Source: Clostridia bacterium (GTDB taxonomy: Bacteria; Bacillota; Clostridia; Christensenellales; CAG-138). From it: a stretch of DNA of 62,285 bases. The stretch spans positions 1-62,285 of the forward strand of contig JAUNBM010000006.1 in assembly GCA_030527115.1 (NCBI GenBank). The letters are read 5' to 3'. Of the stretch, positions 1 through 10,712 are shown in pieces; position 1 is the stretch's first letter; each line of letters opens with the position of its first letter. Both the position numbers and the translations under genes were made by a program. Below the pieces are notes generated by a model. It saw nothing but the letters and a program-made list of their open reading frames with translations. It was not told the origin of the DNA and searched no databases.

Positions 1-5
1 CCGTG

Positions 6-521
6 TCAGGCCTTGATAATATAGCCCTCCTTGCGCGGAGCGGCTTCGGGGATTTCGCCGTTCACATAGCCCAAGATGCAATTGCCTATGCCAACATAAC
101 CGGGAATGCCCCATTGATTCAGCAGTTCCTTGCCCTCCGGCGACTCAAACATCTCCTTTGCGCGGTGAATCCAGCAGGAGCCTATATTGAGCGTGGAGGC
201 GGCGAGCATAAGGTTGCCGATTACGAGCGAGCCATCCTCAACATAGGTGTTGCGAGCGGGATCGGCAAGCACCGAAACCACGACGGGAGCGCCATAGAAG
301 GGATCTACGTCCTTGCCCATGACGGCGGCGTTCATCTTTGAAAGCTTATCGCGAAGGGGCTTGTCGGTGACAAGCACCATGACGGGCGACTGCCTGCCGC
401 CTCCGGTGGCGGCGTAGGTTCCGGCTTCGAGAATCTGATTGAGCAGTTCTTCGGGAATGGGATCGGGCTTGTAGCTTCTGATGCTGCGGCGGGACAGCAT
501 ATCGGTGATGGTCTGGTTCAT
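6..521 (-). CDS. Nitroreductase family protein
   Basis: N-terminal RRSIRSY FMN-binding motif, nitroreductase-like sequence (LGIGSCW-like LNIGSCWI), AAGGAGG RBS upstream. Confidence 0.9.
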   Translation of the reverse strand: MNQTITDMLSRRSIRSYKPDPIPEELLNQILEAGTYAATGGGRQSPVMVLVTDKPLRDKLSKMNAAVMGKDVDPFYGAPVVVSVLADPARNTYVEDGSLVIGNLMLAASTLNIGSCWIHRAKEMFESPEGKELLNQWGIPGYVGIGNCILGYVNGEIPEAAPRKEGYIIKA

Positions 522-550
522 TTTTTCTCCTCCTTAATCTGTTTGACTGT

Positions 551-579
551 ATTATAGCCGAAACAGCCGGAATTTTCAA
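551..579 (-). promoter_or_regulatory. Sigma-A promoter of nitroreductase gene
   Basis: Minus strand TTGAAA-17bp-TATAAT. Confidence 0.7.
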
Positions 580-676
580 GCTCGCCAAGGGGAACGCAGG
601 CGTGAGTTTTTTGTAAAAACGCATAAAAAATGGCCTCGCAGAGGAGGCCAAAGGGTCTTGTGTTTGGAAGTTTGCC

Positions 677-1000
677 TCAGTTGGTCTGCCAGTCGAGGAC
701 GAACTTGCCTTCCTTGTCGGTAAATGAGCCGCAGGCGATCATAATGAGATCCACCAGCGCGCCGATTCCGAATACTCCGGCGGTGAACAGCCAGAGGATT
801 CCGGTTCCCGTCTTGCCTACATAGAAGCGATGTATACCCAAACCGCCCAGGAAAGCGCATAAGAGAATGGTTACAAGGCGTGATTTGGGACTGCAGTTTG
901 CCGCCGGTGGCTTAGTCTGAGCGGCGAAAGCACAGCCGCAACTGACGCAGACAACCGCATCGTCAACGGCTTGACTTCCGCAATGTGAACAATATTTCAT
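677..1000 (-). CDS. TM2 domain membrane protein with N-terminal zinc ribbon
   Basis: CxxC...CxxC N-terminus; KS..LL..FLG.LG.HRFY.G TM2 signature; AAAGGAGG RBS. Confidence 0.9.
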   Translation of the reverse strand: MKYCSHCGSQAVDDAVVCVSCGCAFAAQTKPPAANCSPKSRLVTILLCAFLGGLGIHRFYVGKTGTGILWLFTAGVFGIGALVDLIMIACGSFTDKEGKFVLDWQTN

Positions 1001-1027
1001 AGTCGATACCTCCTTTATCCTGTCGAG

Positions 1028-1057
1028 ATTATAGCACGGCTTTATATATTATGTCAA
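1028..1057 (-). promoter_or_regulatory. Sigma-A promoter of TM2 gene
   Basis: Minus strand TTGACA-18bp-TATAAT. Confidence 0.7.
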
Positions 1058-1080
1058 TCAAAAAGCTCCAATTCCACCGA

Positions 1081-2268
1081 TTAGGCTTGTTGATTGCGAA
1101 GCTCCAAAATGGCGGCGGTCAGACGGTGGAGCGCGGAATTTAGCACGGATGCGGGGCAGGCGAGGTTCACGCGAACGAAGCCGTTGCCCTCCTCGCCGAA
1201 CAGGGAGCCCTCATCGGTGAACAGTTGCGCCTTCTCTATCAGAAACTTCTCCATCTCCCGATAGGGCAGTCCGAGCTTGCGCATATCCCACCATTGCAGA
1301 TAGGTTCCCTGAAGCGGGTAGACGGTAATTTCAGGATGATTGCTCTGCATATAGCTCTCAACAAGCTGCCTGTTGGAGTCCAAAACCTCCAAAAGCTCCT
1401 CCAGCCATGGCTCACAGCGGTTGTAGGCGAGTTCGCAGGCCTTGTAGCCAAGGGCATTCAAGGAGAAATAGCCGCCGGCGGCGTTAAGCTTTTCGCGGAG
1501 CGGCGCGGAGGGAACGATGATATTCGAGGTCTGCATTCCCGCAAGGTTGAAGGTCTTGCTCGGAGCGGTGCAAAGAACCAGATTGCCGAGATATTCGGGG
1601 CTGAGCGTTCCTGCGGAGACGTGGCGGTTGCCCGGCAGGATGAGGTCGTTGTGAATCTCATCGGAGACGAGTATCAGCCCGTTGTCCAAACATAGCCCTG
1701 AGAGCCTTTCCAACTCATCGCGCGTCCAGATGCGGCCGACAGGATTGTGAGGACTGCATATGATGCACATCTTAGCTCCGGGCGCGCAAGCCTTGCGCTC
1801 GAAGTCGTCAAAGTCCATTTCATAGCGCAACCCGTTTCGTATCAGCGGCGAGCGGAGCAGGGTTCTCCCGTTTTGCTCTACGGCGGAGAAGAAGGGATAG
1901 TAGACGGGCGTAAAGACGATAACTCCGTCGCCAGGTTCGGTCAGAGCGTTAACAATATCGTGCAGCGCGGGAACGACTCCGGGCGACTGCAAAATCCATT
2001 CGCGACGGGGCAAAAAATGATGCCTTCGCTCCATCCAGGCGATTACGGCGTCAAAATAGGCGTCCGTAGGGCCGGTATAGCCCAAGACGGAGCTTTTCAG
2101 GTAGTCGCACAGCCCCTCTATCAGCTCGGGCGGGTTATAAAACTCCATATCCGCTACCGAGAGCGGAACGATATCGCCACCTGCGTTCGGCGAGATTTTC
2201 CTCATCGCATTCCACTTGAAAGAACCCGTGTTATTCCGGTCGATCAGGCTTTCAAAATCGTATTTCAT
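1081..2268 (-). CDS. patB: MalY/PatB family PLP-dependent cystathionine beta-lyase
   Basis: MKYDF start after GGAGG RBS (ORF track start is too far upstream); SVADMEF, CSPHNPVG, SDEIH, APSKTFNLAG motifs. Confidence 0.88.
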   Translation of the reverse strand: MKYDFESLIDRNNTGSFKWNAMRKISPNAGGDIVPLSVADMEFYNPPELIEGLCDYLKSSVLGYTGPTDAYFDAVIAWMERRHHFLPRREWILQSPGVVPALHDIVNALTEPGDGVIVFTPVYYPFFSAVEQNGRTLLRSPLIRNGLRYEMDFDDFERKACAPGAKMCIICSPHNPVGRIWTRDELERLSGLCLDNGLILVSDEIHNDLILPGNRHVSAGTLSPEYLGNLVLCTAPSKTFNLAGMQTSNIIVPSAPLREKLNAAGGYFSLNALGYKACELAYNRCEPWLEELLEVLDSNRQLVESYMQSNHPEITVYPLQGTYLQWWDMRKLGLPYREMEKFLIEKAQLFTDEGSLFGEEGNGFVRVNLACPASVLNSALHRLTAAILELRNQQA

Positions 2269-2359
2269 GTTGCACCTCCGTTTCCACCATTTTACACGCT
2301 TTTTCGACGCGGCGCAACGGTCTAACGCCCGCTTTAGGGCATAAATTGTTCCAAGGAAG

Positions 2360-4105
2360 ATGCGGATATTATTGGTTGGAAATCCGAATATAGGCAAGAC
2401 TACGCTCTTTAACGCGCTGACGGGCGCAAAGGAGCGCGTGGGCAACAGAGCCGGAGTTACGGTGGAATGCGCAAAGCGGCGGCTGAAAGGGCTGGACGGC
2501 GTTCTAATTGATCTTCCCGGCATCTATTCTTTGGCGCCGCAGTCGAGGGACGAGGAGATTGCGGCGGAGGAAATAAGGAATCACAAACCCGATTTAATCG
2601 TCAATATTGTGGACGCGACGAATCTAAGCCGCAATCTCTATCTTACGACCCAACTGGTGGAGCTTAAAGTCCCGCTCATTATCGCATTGAATATGATGGA
2701 CGAGGCGGCGAAGCTTGGGCTTAGAATCGACGCAAAACGGCTCGAAAGGGAGATAGGGGCGCGGGTTGTGCCCATCTGTGCGCGGACGGGGGAGGGGCTC
2801 GACGAGCTGAAAGCCGCCATGCGTTCCACAATAAAGCTTCCGGTTCCCCTTTGCTATGGTTGCGATGCGCGGCGGCGGTTTGAATGCACGCGCCGGCTTT
2901 GCGCCGAGGCGGTTGAAAGACCAATAGGGCTTGACAGGCTGTTCACTCACAGGATATTTGGCTTTCCGATCTTCTTTGCGATAATGGGGCTGATATTCTA
3001 TCTGACCTTCGATTCGCTGGGCGCGTGGCTTTCCGACGGAGCGGAGACGCTGGTTGCGGACTTTTTGAGCCCGCTTGCGGAGGAGGGCTTGATGAAGCTT
3101 CAGCTTCCGTTTTGGGCAGTTCGGCTCATCGTCGACGGGCTTTTGATGGGCGTGTGCGGAGTTTTAACCTTCTTGCCGCAGGTTGCGCTCCTGTTTCTGT
3201 TTCTCTCCCTGCTGGAGGATTGCGGCTATCTGGCAAGAATCTCCTTTTTGACCGATACGTTTTTGAGTAAGATTGGTTTGAGCGGCAAGGCGTTTGTCCC
3301 GCTGTTTATGGGCTTTGGGTGTACGGTGCCGGCGGCTTTGGCGGCGCGCACTTTGGGCAGGCGGAGCGAGCGCAGGCGAACGCTCAGGCTGTTGCCGTTT
3401 CTTCCCTGTTCCGCGAAGCTTCCGGTTTTCGGCCTGCTTGCCAGGGCGTTCTTTCCCAGGCATCGGGGGCTTATCGTGCTGTCGCTGTACGTCCTTGGAA
3501 TAATTGTCGGAATCCTGCTCTCCTTGCTTACCAAAGCCATGAAAAGGGAGGGGGAGGAGGCGCCGTTCATTTTGGAACTTCCGCCGTACAGAAAGCCCGT
3601 GGCGAAGAACACGCTCATGCTGGTTGGGGAACGCACTTCCCATTTTTTGTTTCGAGCGGGGACGGTGATTCTGTGCGTCTCGGCGCTGTTGTGGGCGCTT
3701 ATGCACTTCGACCCTGCGCTTTGCTATACCGATGCGGCGGAAAGGAGCTTGATCGGAGTTTTTGGCGCAAAAATCGCTCCGGCTTTCACGCCGCTCGGCT
3801 TCGGCTTCTATCAGGCGGCGGTGGCGTTGCTGGTTGGGCTGGTGGCAAAGGAGGCGGTGCTTTCCTCCCTGCTTCTTTTCTTCAATGGGAGCGTTGCGAC
3901 GCTGACGGCGGCTTTCAGCCCCCTGTCGGCTTATTGCTTCATGGCGTTCGTCCTGCTCTATCCGCCCTGCTTTGCGGCTCTCGTAACGATGAGGCGGGAG
4001 TATGGCGGCTTTGGGATTCTTCCGTGGCTTTTAATTGGTCAGCCGTTACTCGCCTATGGAATTTGCAATATTCTGCATTGCGTCTTGCAAAACTGCGGAT
4101 TTTAA
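2360..4105 (+). CDS. feoB: Ferrous iron transporter FeoB (short form)
   Basis: GNPNIGKT, GVTV, DLPG, NMMD GTPase motifs; membrane domain with GFGC.VP, PCS and FILELPPY. Confidence 0.92.
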   Translation: MRILLVGNPNIGKTTLFNALTGAKERVGNRAGVTVECAKRRLKGLDGVLIDLPGIYSLAPQSRDEEIAAEEIRNHKPDLIVNIVDATNLSRNLYLTTQLVELKVPLIIALNMMDEAAKLGLRIDAKRLEREIGARVVPICARTGEGLDELKAAMRSTIKLPVPLCYGCDARRRFECTRRLCAEAVERPIGLDRLFTHRIFGFPIFFAIMGLIFYLTFDSLGAWLSDGAETLVADFLSPLAEEGLMKLQLPFWAVRLIVDGLLMGVCGVLTFLPQVALLFLFLSLLEDCGYLARISFLTDTFLSKIGLSGKAFVPLFMGFGCTVPAALAARTLGRRSERRRTLRLLPFLPCSAKLPVFGLLARAFFPRHRGLIVLSLYVLGIIVGILLSLLTKAMKREGEEAPFILELPPYRKPVAKNTLMLVGERTSHFLFRAGTVILCVSALLWALMHFDPALCYTDAAERSLIGVFGAKIAPAFTPLGFGFYQAAVALLVGLVAKEAVLSSLLLFFNGSVATLTAAFSPLSAYCFMAFVLLYPPCFAALVTMRREYGGFGILPWLLIGQPLLAYGICNILHCVLQNCGF

Positions 4106-4119
4106 TGTAGGATAGTGAC

Positions 4120-4881
4120 ATGAATATTTTGTTGTGCAACGATGATGGAATCGACGCCATCGGTATTAGAACGCTCATCAATGCGTTAGCTCCCTGCCAC
4201 CGCGTTTGCGTCGTCGCGCCTGCCGTACAGCAGAGCGCGGTCTCCAAAGCGCTTACGCTGTATTCGCCGCTACGAGCAGAGCGGCGCTTGCTCCCGGATC
4301 ATCCCGAAATTGAAGCCTATGCCGTCATGGGCACTCCTGTGGACTGCATCAGGCTCGGACTGGGCAATCTGATTAAGGAGGGGCCCGATATGGTAATCTC
4401 CGGGATAAATATTGGCCCGAACCTCGGAACCGACACCCTGTATTCGGGAACCTGCGCGGCGGCTCAGGAGGCGTCTTTGTACGGGCTTAATTCGATTGCG
4501 CTTTCGTGCCGCTCGTTCAACCCAAAGCACATGGAAACCTCGGCAATGATAGGGCTTAGGATGGCGGCTTATGCCGCAGGCAGGCCCCTGCCTTTCGGCG
4601 CTTATTACAATGTCAACGTGCCCGACCTGCCTTACGAGAGCCTTTTGGGAATAAAGCTCACGCAGCTCGGAATACTGCGCTACGAGGATGAATACATAAG
4701 GCGGACGGATACGATAGGGAGGGACTACTATTGGGCGCCGCGGCAGAAGCTCAGCGAGCTTGACGGGGCGGATACCGACGAGCGCTGGATTGCGGAGGGC
4801 TATGTAACGGTAACCCCGCTATCCTACAACAACGAGGTATGCGGTCTCGACGTGGAGGGCTTGGATGAAGTCATTGCTTGA
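4120..4881 (+). CDS. surE: 5'/3'-nucleotidase SurE
   Basis: NDDG, GTPVDC, SGIN.G.N, YSGT motifs. Confidence 0.95.
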   Translation: MNILLCNDDGIDAIGIRTLINALAPCHRVCVVAPAVQQSAVSKALTLYSPLRAERRLLPDHPEIEAYAVMGTPVDCIRLGLGNLIKEGPDMVISGINIGPNLGTDTLYSGTCAAAQEASLYGLNSIALSCRSFNPKHMETSAMIGLRMAAYAAGRPLPFGAYYNVNVPDLPYESLLGIKLTQLGILRYEDEYIRRTDTIGRDYYWAPRQKLSELDGADTDERWIAEGYVTVTPLSYNNEVCGLDVEGLDEVIA

Positions 4882-5728
4882 AACAATCGAGGAACGGCGC
4901 TCCGGCTTTTCAAAGGGTCAGCGAAAGCTTGCGGATTATCTGAAAAGCAACTATGAGCAGGCGGCTTTTATGACGGCTTATGCGCTCGGCGAGGCCGTCG
5001 GGGTTTCGGAGTCGACCGTGGTTCGCTTTGCCGCCGGGCTGGGTTTTTCGGGCTATCCCGATTTCAAGGCGGCGTTGCGGCAACTCGTAATGAGCAGCAT
5101 CACAACGGTACAGCGCGCAAAGATGGCGGCGGCGATTCCGAGGGAGGATGTGGTCGACGCTGTGCTTTCCGTCGACATTGCCTCCATCGAGAACACAAAA
5201 AAACTTGTCGATAGGGACGCCTTCAGCGCGGCGGCGGACTTGATTTTGAATGCGCGGCGCGTGTATGTTTTGGGGCTTAGGGCGGCGATGCCGCTGGCTC
5301 AGTTTTTGGCGTACTATCTGGATTTTATCCGCGGGGACGTTCTGTTTGTAAACGGGGCGGTGCGGGACGTTAAGGACGGACTGTCGAGACTTGAGGCGGA
5401 GGATTTGGTGATTGGCGTCAGCTTCCCGCGCTATGATATGAGAACGATTCGGGCGATGGGCTATGCCAAAGCGCAGGGCGCGGCTGTCGTTGCCATAACG
5501 GACGGGGATAACAGTCCGGCGGCGGCAAACGCCTCCTTAGCGCTCTTTGCCAAGACCGAGATGATATCCTTTGCCGACTCCCTGTGCGCGCCGATGTCGC
5601 TTATAAACGCGCTTCTCGTCGCTGTCGGGCTTTCTCGCCGGGACGAGACGCGGGAGCATCTGGAGCATCTGGAGCGAATCTGGGACGAGGAAGGCGTCTT
5701 TGTAAAGGAGGCGGAAGGATGCGTGTAG
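4865..5728 (+). CDS. MurR/RpiR family transcriptional regulator
   Basis: HTH with VSESTVVRF..LGFSGY plus SIS domain (SFPRY, AITD). Confidence 0.92.
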   Translation: MKSLLETIEERRSGFSKGQRKLADYLKSNYEQAAFMTAYALGEAVGVSESTVVRFAAGLGFSGYPDFKAALRQLVMSSITTVQRAKMAAAIPREDVVDAVLSVDIASIENTKKLVDRDAFSAAADLILNARRVYVLGLRAAMPLAQFLAYYLDFIRGDVLFVNGAVRDVKDGLSRLEAEDLVIGVSFPRYDMRTIRAMGYAKAQGAAVVAITDGDNSPAAANASLALFAKTEMISFADSLCAPMSLINALLVAVGLSRRDETREHLEHLERIWDEEGVFVKEAEGCV

Positions 5729-6933
5729 CCGTTATCGGCGGTGGAGCCTCTGGCCAGCTTGCGGCGATAGAGGCGGCGAAAAGAGGGCATGAGGTTCACC
5801 TGTATGAGAAGAACGAAAAGCTCGGTAAAAAGCTTTATATCACCGGAAAGGGCCGTTGCAATCTCACAAACGCCTGCCAGGACGCCGATTTTTTCAACAA
5901 TGTGGTTCGCAATCCCAAGTTTCTTTACAGCGCGCTCGCGGCGTTTAACCACGACGATATAGTTGCGCTGATGCACGACAACGGGGTTGAGACTAAAACG
6001 GAGCGCGGAGGGCGGATCTTCCCTGCTTCCGATAAGTCGAGCGACGTTTTGAAGGCGTTGCTTTTGGAGATAGACAAGCTCGGCGTAAACGTGCATCTAA
6101 ATACGGCGGTCGAGGATGTAATCGTGGAGGACGGCGCGATAGCGTCCGTCCGTACCGACAGGGGGGAAGCCCCGTTCGATGCGGCGATATTTGCCTGCGG
6201 AGGGCTGTCCTATCCCCAAACCGGAAGCGACGGCTGGGGTCTGAAGCTTTTAGAAAGGCTGGGTCATAGTATCGAACGGCCGTTGCCCGCCTTGATTCCT
6301 CTCGAAACGGAGGAGGACTTCTGCGCGGAGCTGGCGGGAATATCCCTAAAGAACGTCAGATTGAGCGCCTATCGCGACAAGCGGAAGGTGTTCTTTGAGC
6401 AGGGCGAGATGCTGTTCACGCATTTTGGGGTTTCCGGGCCGCTGGTTTTGAGCCTTTCGAGCTTTATTGCGGACGCGCCTGCGGGGGTTAAGCTGTACAT
6501 AGATTTCAAACCCGCGCTTTCCCACGAACAGTTGGAGGCGAGGCTGATGCGCGAGCTGGAGCAGAATCAGAAAAAGCAGGTTTTGGGCGCGTTCTCCAGC
6601 CTGTTGCCGCAAAAGCTCCTCAAGACGGTGCTTAAAAGCGCCGGACTGAACCTGGAAGCGCCGGCGTCCGACTTTACGAGGGAGCAGAGGAAGAATCTCG
6701 CGGCTACACTAAAGGGTCTGCCCTTGACGGTGAAGGGGACGAGGCCGATAGCCGAAGCCATAATCACCCGGGGCGGGGTCTCGATAAAAGAGGTAAATTC
6801 GTCAACGATGGAGTCCAAGCTGATAAGGGGCCTGTTCATCTGCGGGGAGATGCTGGACGTGGACGCATTAACCGGCGGATTCAATCTGCAAATCGCCTGG
6901 TCAACCGGAGCTTTGGCGGGGAGGAGCGTATGA
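5719..6933 (+). CDS. HI0933/YhiN (BaiN-like) family flavoprotein
   Basis: Start MRVAVIGGGASG after AAGGAGG; GKKLYITGKGRCN and TGGFNLQ motifs. Confidence 0.92.
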   Translation: MRVAVIGGGASGQLAAIEAAKRGHEVHLYEKNEKLGKKLYITGKGRCNLTNACQDADFFNNVVRNPKFLYSALAAFNHDDIVALMHDNGVETKTERGGRIFPASDKSSDVLKALLLEIDKLGVNVHLNTAVEDVIVEDGAIASVRTDRGEAPFDAAIFACGGLSYPQTGSDGWGLKLLERLGHSIERPLPALIPLETEEDFCAELAGISLKNVRLSAYRDKRKVFFEQGEMLFTHFGVSGPLVLSLSSFIADAPAGVKLYIDFKPALSHEQLEARLMRELEQNQKKQVLGAFSSLLPQKLLKTVLKSAGLNLEAPASDFTREQRKNLAATLKGLPLTVKGTRPIAEAIITRGGVSIKEVNSSTMESKLIRGLFICGEMLDVDALTGGFNLQIAWSTGALAGRSV

Positions 6934-7592
6934 AGCACAGCATCGCAATCGACGGCCCGGCGGGAGCGGGAAAGAGTACCGTGGCAAAGGAGCTTGCCCG
7001 CGTGCTCGGAATAAACTATCTAAATACGGGAGCGATGTACCGCGCCTTAGCTCTGTATGCTTTGGAGCGCGGCATATCGCCTTCGGACGAGAGCGCGGTT
7101 TCGAGTATCCTTAACGAGGCTGTCATAAGCGTGAAATATGAGGGCGAGGAACAGCGCACGCTGTTGAACGGCAGGGACTGCACCGAGCAGTTGCGAAGCG
7201 AAGCGGTTTCGATGGCGACCTCGGACATATCCCGGCATCGTGCGGTGCGGGACAGGATGGCGGGCTTACAGCGGGAGATAGCTTTGCGGCAACCGCTCGT
7301 GCTGGAGGGCAGGGACATAGGCACCAACGTGCTTTACGACGCCCCGCATAAGTTTTTTGTAACCGCTTCCGCAGAGGAGCGGGCGCGCCGCCGTCAAAAA
7401 CAGCTTGACAAGCTGGGAGTTTCAGCGGAGTTTCAAACGATATTGGCGGACATAATCGCACGCGACAGGCAGGACTCCGGCCGCGAGTATATGCCCCTGA
7501 AGCGGGCGGACGACGCTGTGCTGATAGACACCACCGATCTCTCAATTGAGGAGGCGGTGGAGGCAATAAAGAAGCGGATAGAGGGAGCTTGA
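6930..7592 (+). CDS. cmk: Cytidylate kinase
   Basis: AIDGPAGAGKST, TGAMYR, EGRDIGT motifs. Confidence 0.96.
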   Translation: MKHSIAIDGPAGAGKSTVAKELARVLGINYLNTGAMYRALALYALERGISPSDESAVSSILNEAVISVKYEGEEQRTLLNGRDCTEQLRSEAVSMATSDISRHRAVRDRMAGLQREIALRQPLVLEGRDIGTNVLYDAPHKFFVTASAEERARRRQKQLDKLGVSAEFQTILADIIARDRQDSGREYMPLKRADDAVLIDTTDLSIEEAVEAIKKRIEGA

Positions 7593-7593
7593 T

Positions 7594-8190
7594 ATGCTGT
7601 ACTATTTCGGAAAATTCGTTGTCGGCCCATTTGCCTATCTCCTGTTTCGGCCGAAGGTAATCGGGATAAAGAATCTCAACCGCCGCGGCAAGGTTATCTA
7701 CGTCTGCAATCATTTTTCGCTTGCCGATCCCGTTTTGCTCGCGCTGGTATGCCCCCGTATAATAAGGTTTATGGCGCGGGCGAATCTGTTTAGCAGTAAG
7801 ATCGGCAATCTGTTTTTCAAAAGTATGCTGGTCTTTCCGGTCGAGAGCGGAACGGCGGACAGAAAGTCGATAAAGAAGGCGATCGACACCTTGGCTAAAG
7901 GGCAGGCGTTTGGCATCTTTCCCGAGGGGCATCGCTCCGCAACCGGCGAGTTGGACGCGCTGGAGAAGGGGGCGGCATTTATAGCCCTGCGCTGTGACGC
8001 GCCGATAGTCCCCTGCTATATCGACCCAAACTCCATAAAACGAGTTAAGATTCGCATGGCGGTAGGCGAGCCCATAATAGCCAAAGAGGTTGCGGCGCGC
8101 AATAAGACCGTGAAGCCTGCGGAGGCGGTGACCGATGCTCTGACCGATTCGATGTTATCGTTGCGCGAGCTGGTCGAGGCGATGAAATGA
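7594..8190 (+). CDS. plsC: 1-acyl-sn-glycerol-3-phosphate acyltransferase
   Basis: NHxxxxD and FPEG motifs; position between cmk and ispH. Confidence 0.9.
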   Translation: MLYYFGKFVVGPFAYLLFRPKVIGIKNLNRRGKVIYVCNHFSLADPVLLALVCPRIIRFMARANLFSSKIGNLFFKSMLVFPVESGTADRKSIKKAIDTLAKGQAFGIFPEGHRSATGELDALEKGAAFIALRCDAPIVPCYIDPNSIKRVKIRMAVGEPIIAKEVAARNKTVKPAEAVTDALTDSMLSLRELVEAMK

Positions 8191-10538
8191 AGGTAATCCT
8201 GGCGCAAAACATGGGCTTTTGCTTCGGGGTGCGGCGCGCCGTTGAGATGGCGCGAAGCCAGGCGAAGCGTCCGGTCTATACCTATGGCGCAATAATCCAC
8301 AACGAAAGCGTCGTCGAGGAGCTGAAAGCCGAGGGAATAATTCCCATCGAAAGCATGAACGGCTTAGGAGCTGGAGATACTCTTGTCGTTCGCGCACACG
8401 GCGCGCCGCCGGCGCTGTTTGAGCGTTGCGCCGATCTTGGGATCGAAGTTGTCGATGCAACCTGCCCCTTTGTAAAGCGCATACACCGCATCGTTGAGCG
8501 CGCAAGCGCCGCCGGACTCAGGGTATTTATCGCGGGCAAGCGCGATCATCCCGAGGTGCTTGGAACGGCGAGCAGGGCGGGGGATGACCGCGTAATCTTG
8601 GAATCCTTAGCGGATGCGGAGCGGGTCGAACGGTTCGAGGCGGGCTGTCTGGTGGCGCAAACCACGTTTCAGGCGGGGGAGTTTTTTGCCATCGAGCGCG
8701 AGCTTAAACGCCGGATTGAACGGCTGACGGTCTATAACACCGTTTGCGACACCACGATAGCAAGACAGCGCGAGGCGGAGAGGTTGTCCCTAAAATGCAC
8801 CAAGATGCTGATTTTAGGTTCAAACAAGAGTGCGAATACACGCGCCTTAGCGGAAATTTGCAAAAAAAATTGTCAAGATTGTAAAACAATAGAGAATATC
8901 GGAAAAATTTTGCTTGAAAAATTCAACGCCGATGATATAATAGGAATTGTTGCAGGCGCATCAGCGCCGGACCCGATGATTAGGGAGGTTATACAAGGAA
9001 TGAGCGAACTGGAAAATACGACGATTGTTACCAATGAAGCGGAAGCTCCCGCCGAGGTAGTCGCCGAAACAACTGAACCCGCAACGGAGCAGCAGCCCGT
9101 TGCCGAGACGACCGTCACGCCGGAACCCGCCGTGGAGGAACCCGCAGTCGAGGAACCCGTGGCTAAGACAGAAGCTGTTGAAGCTGAGGACGCGTCCGAC
9201 AATTTTGAGCAGGCCTTTGAAAAGACGGTCAAGCGCATCCGCCCCGGTCAGATGATAACCGGTACGGTTCTGCAGATCGTTGACGGCGAGGTGTTCGTCA
9301 ATGTCGGCTATAAGTCCGACGGCGTGATTCCCAAGGGCGAGTTTTCATCCAACCCTGAGGCGAACATCGACGAGCTGGTCAAGGTTGGCGACAGCGTAGA
9401 CGTGGAGGTTGTCAAGGTCAACGACGGCGAGGGCAATGTATTGCTGTCGCGCCGCAATGTTGAGGGCAAGAAGCTCTGGGACGATTTGCTCAAAGAGGAT
9501 ATCGTCGGCCAGGTTTTCGAGGCAGTTGGCAAGGAAGTTATCAAGGGCGGCATGATAGCCGATATAAACGGCATCCGCGCCTTCATTCCGGCGTCGCAGG
9601 TTTCCGTCAGATATGTTGAGAATCTTTCAACCTTTGTCGGCAAGGAGATGAAGGTCAAGATTCTGGAGGTGGATCGCGATCGCAAACGCATCGTTTCATC
9701 TGCAAAGCAGGCCATTTTGGACGAGCGCGCCGCGGCAAAGAAGGCCAAGTGGGAAGCGCTGGTCGTTGGCAGCAAGGTGCAGGGCGTTGTCCGCCGCATC
9801 ACCGACTTCGGCGCGTTTGTCGATATCGGCGGTCTCGACGGCCTGGTTCACGTTACCGACGCCGCATGGGCCAGGGTTAAGAAGACGTCCGATGTTCTGT
9901 CCGTTGGCCAGAAGATTGAGGTTCTGATTCTCAATGTCGATTCCGACAAGGAGAGGATTTCCCTGGGCTACAAACAGCTTCAGCCGAAGCCCTGGACGCT
10001 TGCGAACGAGAAATACCCGGTTGGAACGATAATCGAGGGCAAGGTTGTGAGAATAGTGCCGTTCGGCGCCTTTGTCGCGATCGAGCCGACTATCGACGGG
10101 CTCATCCACATTTCGCAGATCTCCGCAAGGCGCATCGAGAAGGTCGAGGACGCCCTCAAGGTGGGCGACGTCGTCCGTTGCAAGGTGCTGGAGGTTAACA
10201 GCGAAGCGAAGCGCATCAGCCTCAGCCGCAAGGACGTTCTCCTCGAGGAAAATCCGGATCTCGTAGCCGAGCTTGAGGCCGAGAAAGCCGAGCGCGAGCG
10301 CCTCTATCAGGAGCGCAGAGCCGCTCGTGAATCACAGCGCGAGCAACAGCAGGGCGGGGAGCGCAAGGAGCGCCCCGAGCGCAGACAAAGACCGCAGAGC
10401 GACAGCTCCGAGCGCCGCGAAAGCCGGCCCGAACGCCGCCGCCGTAGTGAGGACGCCGATTATGAGCTTCCTCCGGTTGAGTCCGCGACAACTTCGCTCA
10501 AGGATCTTTTTGCGAACTATAAGCCCAACGAGGATTAA
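8187..10538 (+). CDS. ispH: Fused 4-hydroxy-3-methylbut-2-enyl diphosphate reductase / ribosomal protein bS1
   Basis: GFCFGV, IIHN, RAHG, DATCPFV, AQTT IspH motifs, then an acidic linker and four S1 repeats (FGAFV..G..GL.H). Confidence 0.92.
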   Translation: MKVILAQNMGFCFGVRRAVEMARSQAKRPVYTYGAIIHNESVVEELKAEGIIPIESMNGLGAGDTLVVRAHGAPPALFERCADLGIEVVDATCPFVKRIHRIVERASAAGLRVFIAGKRDHPEVLGTASRAGDDRVILESLADAERVERFEAGCLVAQTTFQAGEFFAIERELKRRIERLTVYNTVCDTTIARQREAERLSLKCTKMLILGSNKSANTRALAEICKKNCQDCKTIENIGKILLEKFNADDIIGIVAGASAPDPMIREVIQGMSELENTTIVTNEAEAPAEVVAETTEPATEQQPVAETTVTPEPAVEEPAVEEPVAKTEAVEAEDASDNFEQAFEKTVKRIRPGQMITGTVLQIVDGEVFVNVGYKSDGVIPKGEFSSNPEANIDELVKVGDSVDVEVVKVNDGEGNVLLSRRNVEGKKLWDDLLKEDIVGQVFEAVGKEVIKGGMIADINGIRAFIPASQVSVRYVENLSTFVGKEMKVKILEVDRDRKRIVSSAKQAILDERAAAKKAKWEALVVGSKVQGVVRRITDFGAFVDIGGLDGLVHVTDAAWARVKKTSDVLSVGQKIEVLILNVDSDKERISLGYKQLQPKPWTLANEKYPVGTIIEGKVVRIVPFGAFVAIEPTIDGLIHISQISARRIEKVEDALKVGDVVRCKVLEVNSEAKRISLSRKDVLLEENPDLVAELEAEKAERERLYQERRAARESQREQQQGGERKERPERRQRPQSDSSERRESRPERRRRSEDADYELPPVESATTSLKDLFANYKPNED
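8914..8941 (+). promoter_or_regulatory. Internal sigma-A promoter within ispH, upstream of the S1 moiety
   Basis: TTGAAA-16bp-TATAAT with extended TG, in an AT-rich patch; AGGGAGGT RBS before in-frame ATG at 9000. Confidence 0.6.
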
Positions 10539-10564
10539 GCCCATTGTAAATACGAATAAACATC

Positions 10565-10592
10565 AAGGCGCGAACATAGCTTCGCGCCTTTC
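10565..10592 (+). terminator. Probable terminator after ispH-rpsA
   Basis: AAGGCGCGAA-catagc-TTCGCGCCTT hairpin followed by T-rich sequence. Confidence 0.6.
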
Positions 10593-10712
10593 GTATATGC
10601 TTCTTTCCTCTTGCAAAAAAAGCCCGCCAAATCAAAATAAACGCCCAAATCAGGCGTTTTTAGCGAACCTTTGGTAAATTACCGACTACGGGAAAAAACC
10701 GGAAAATAGCCC

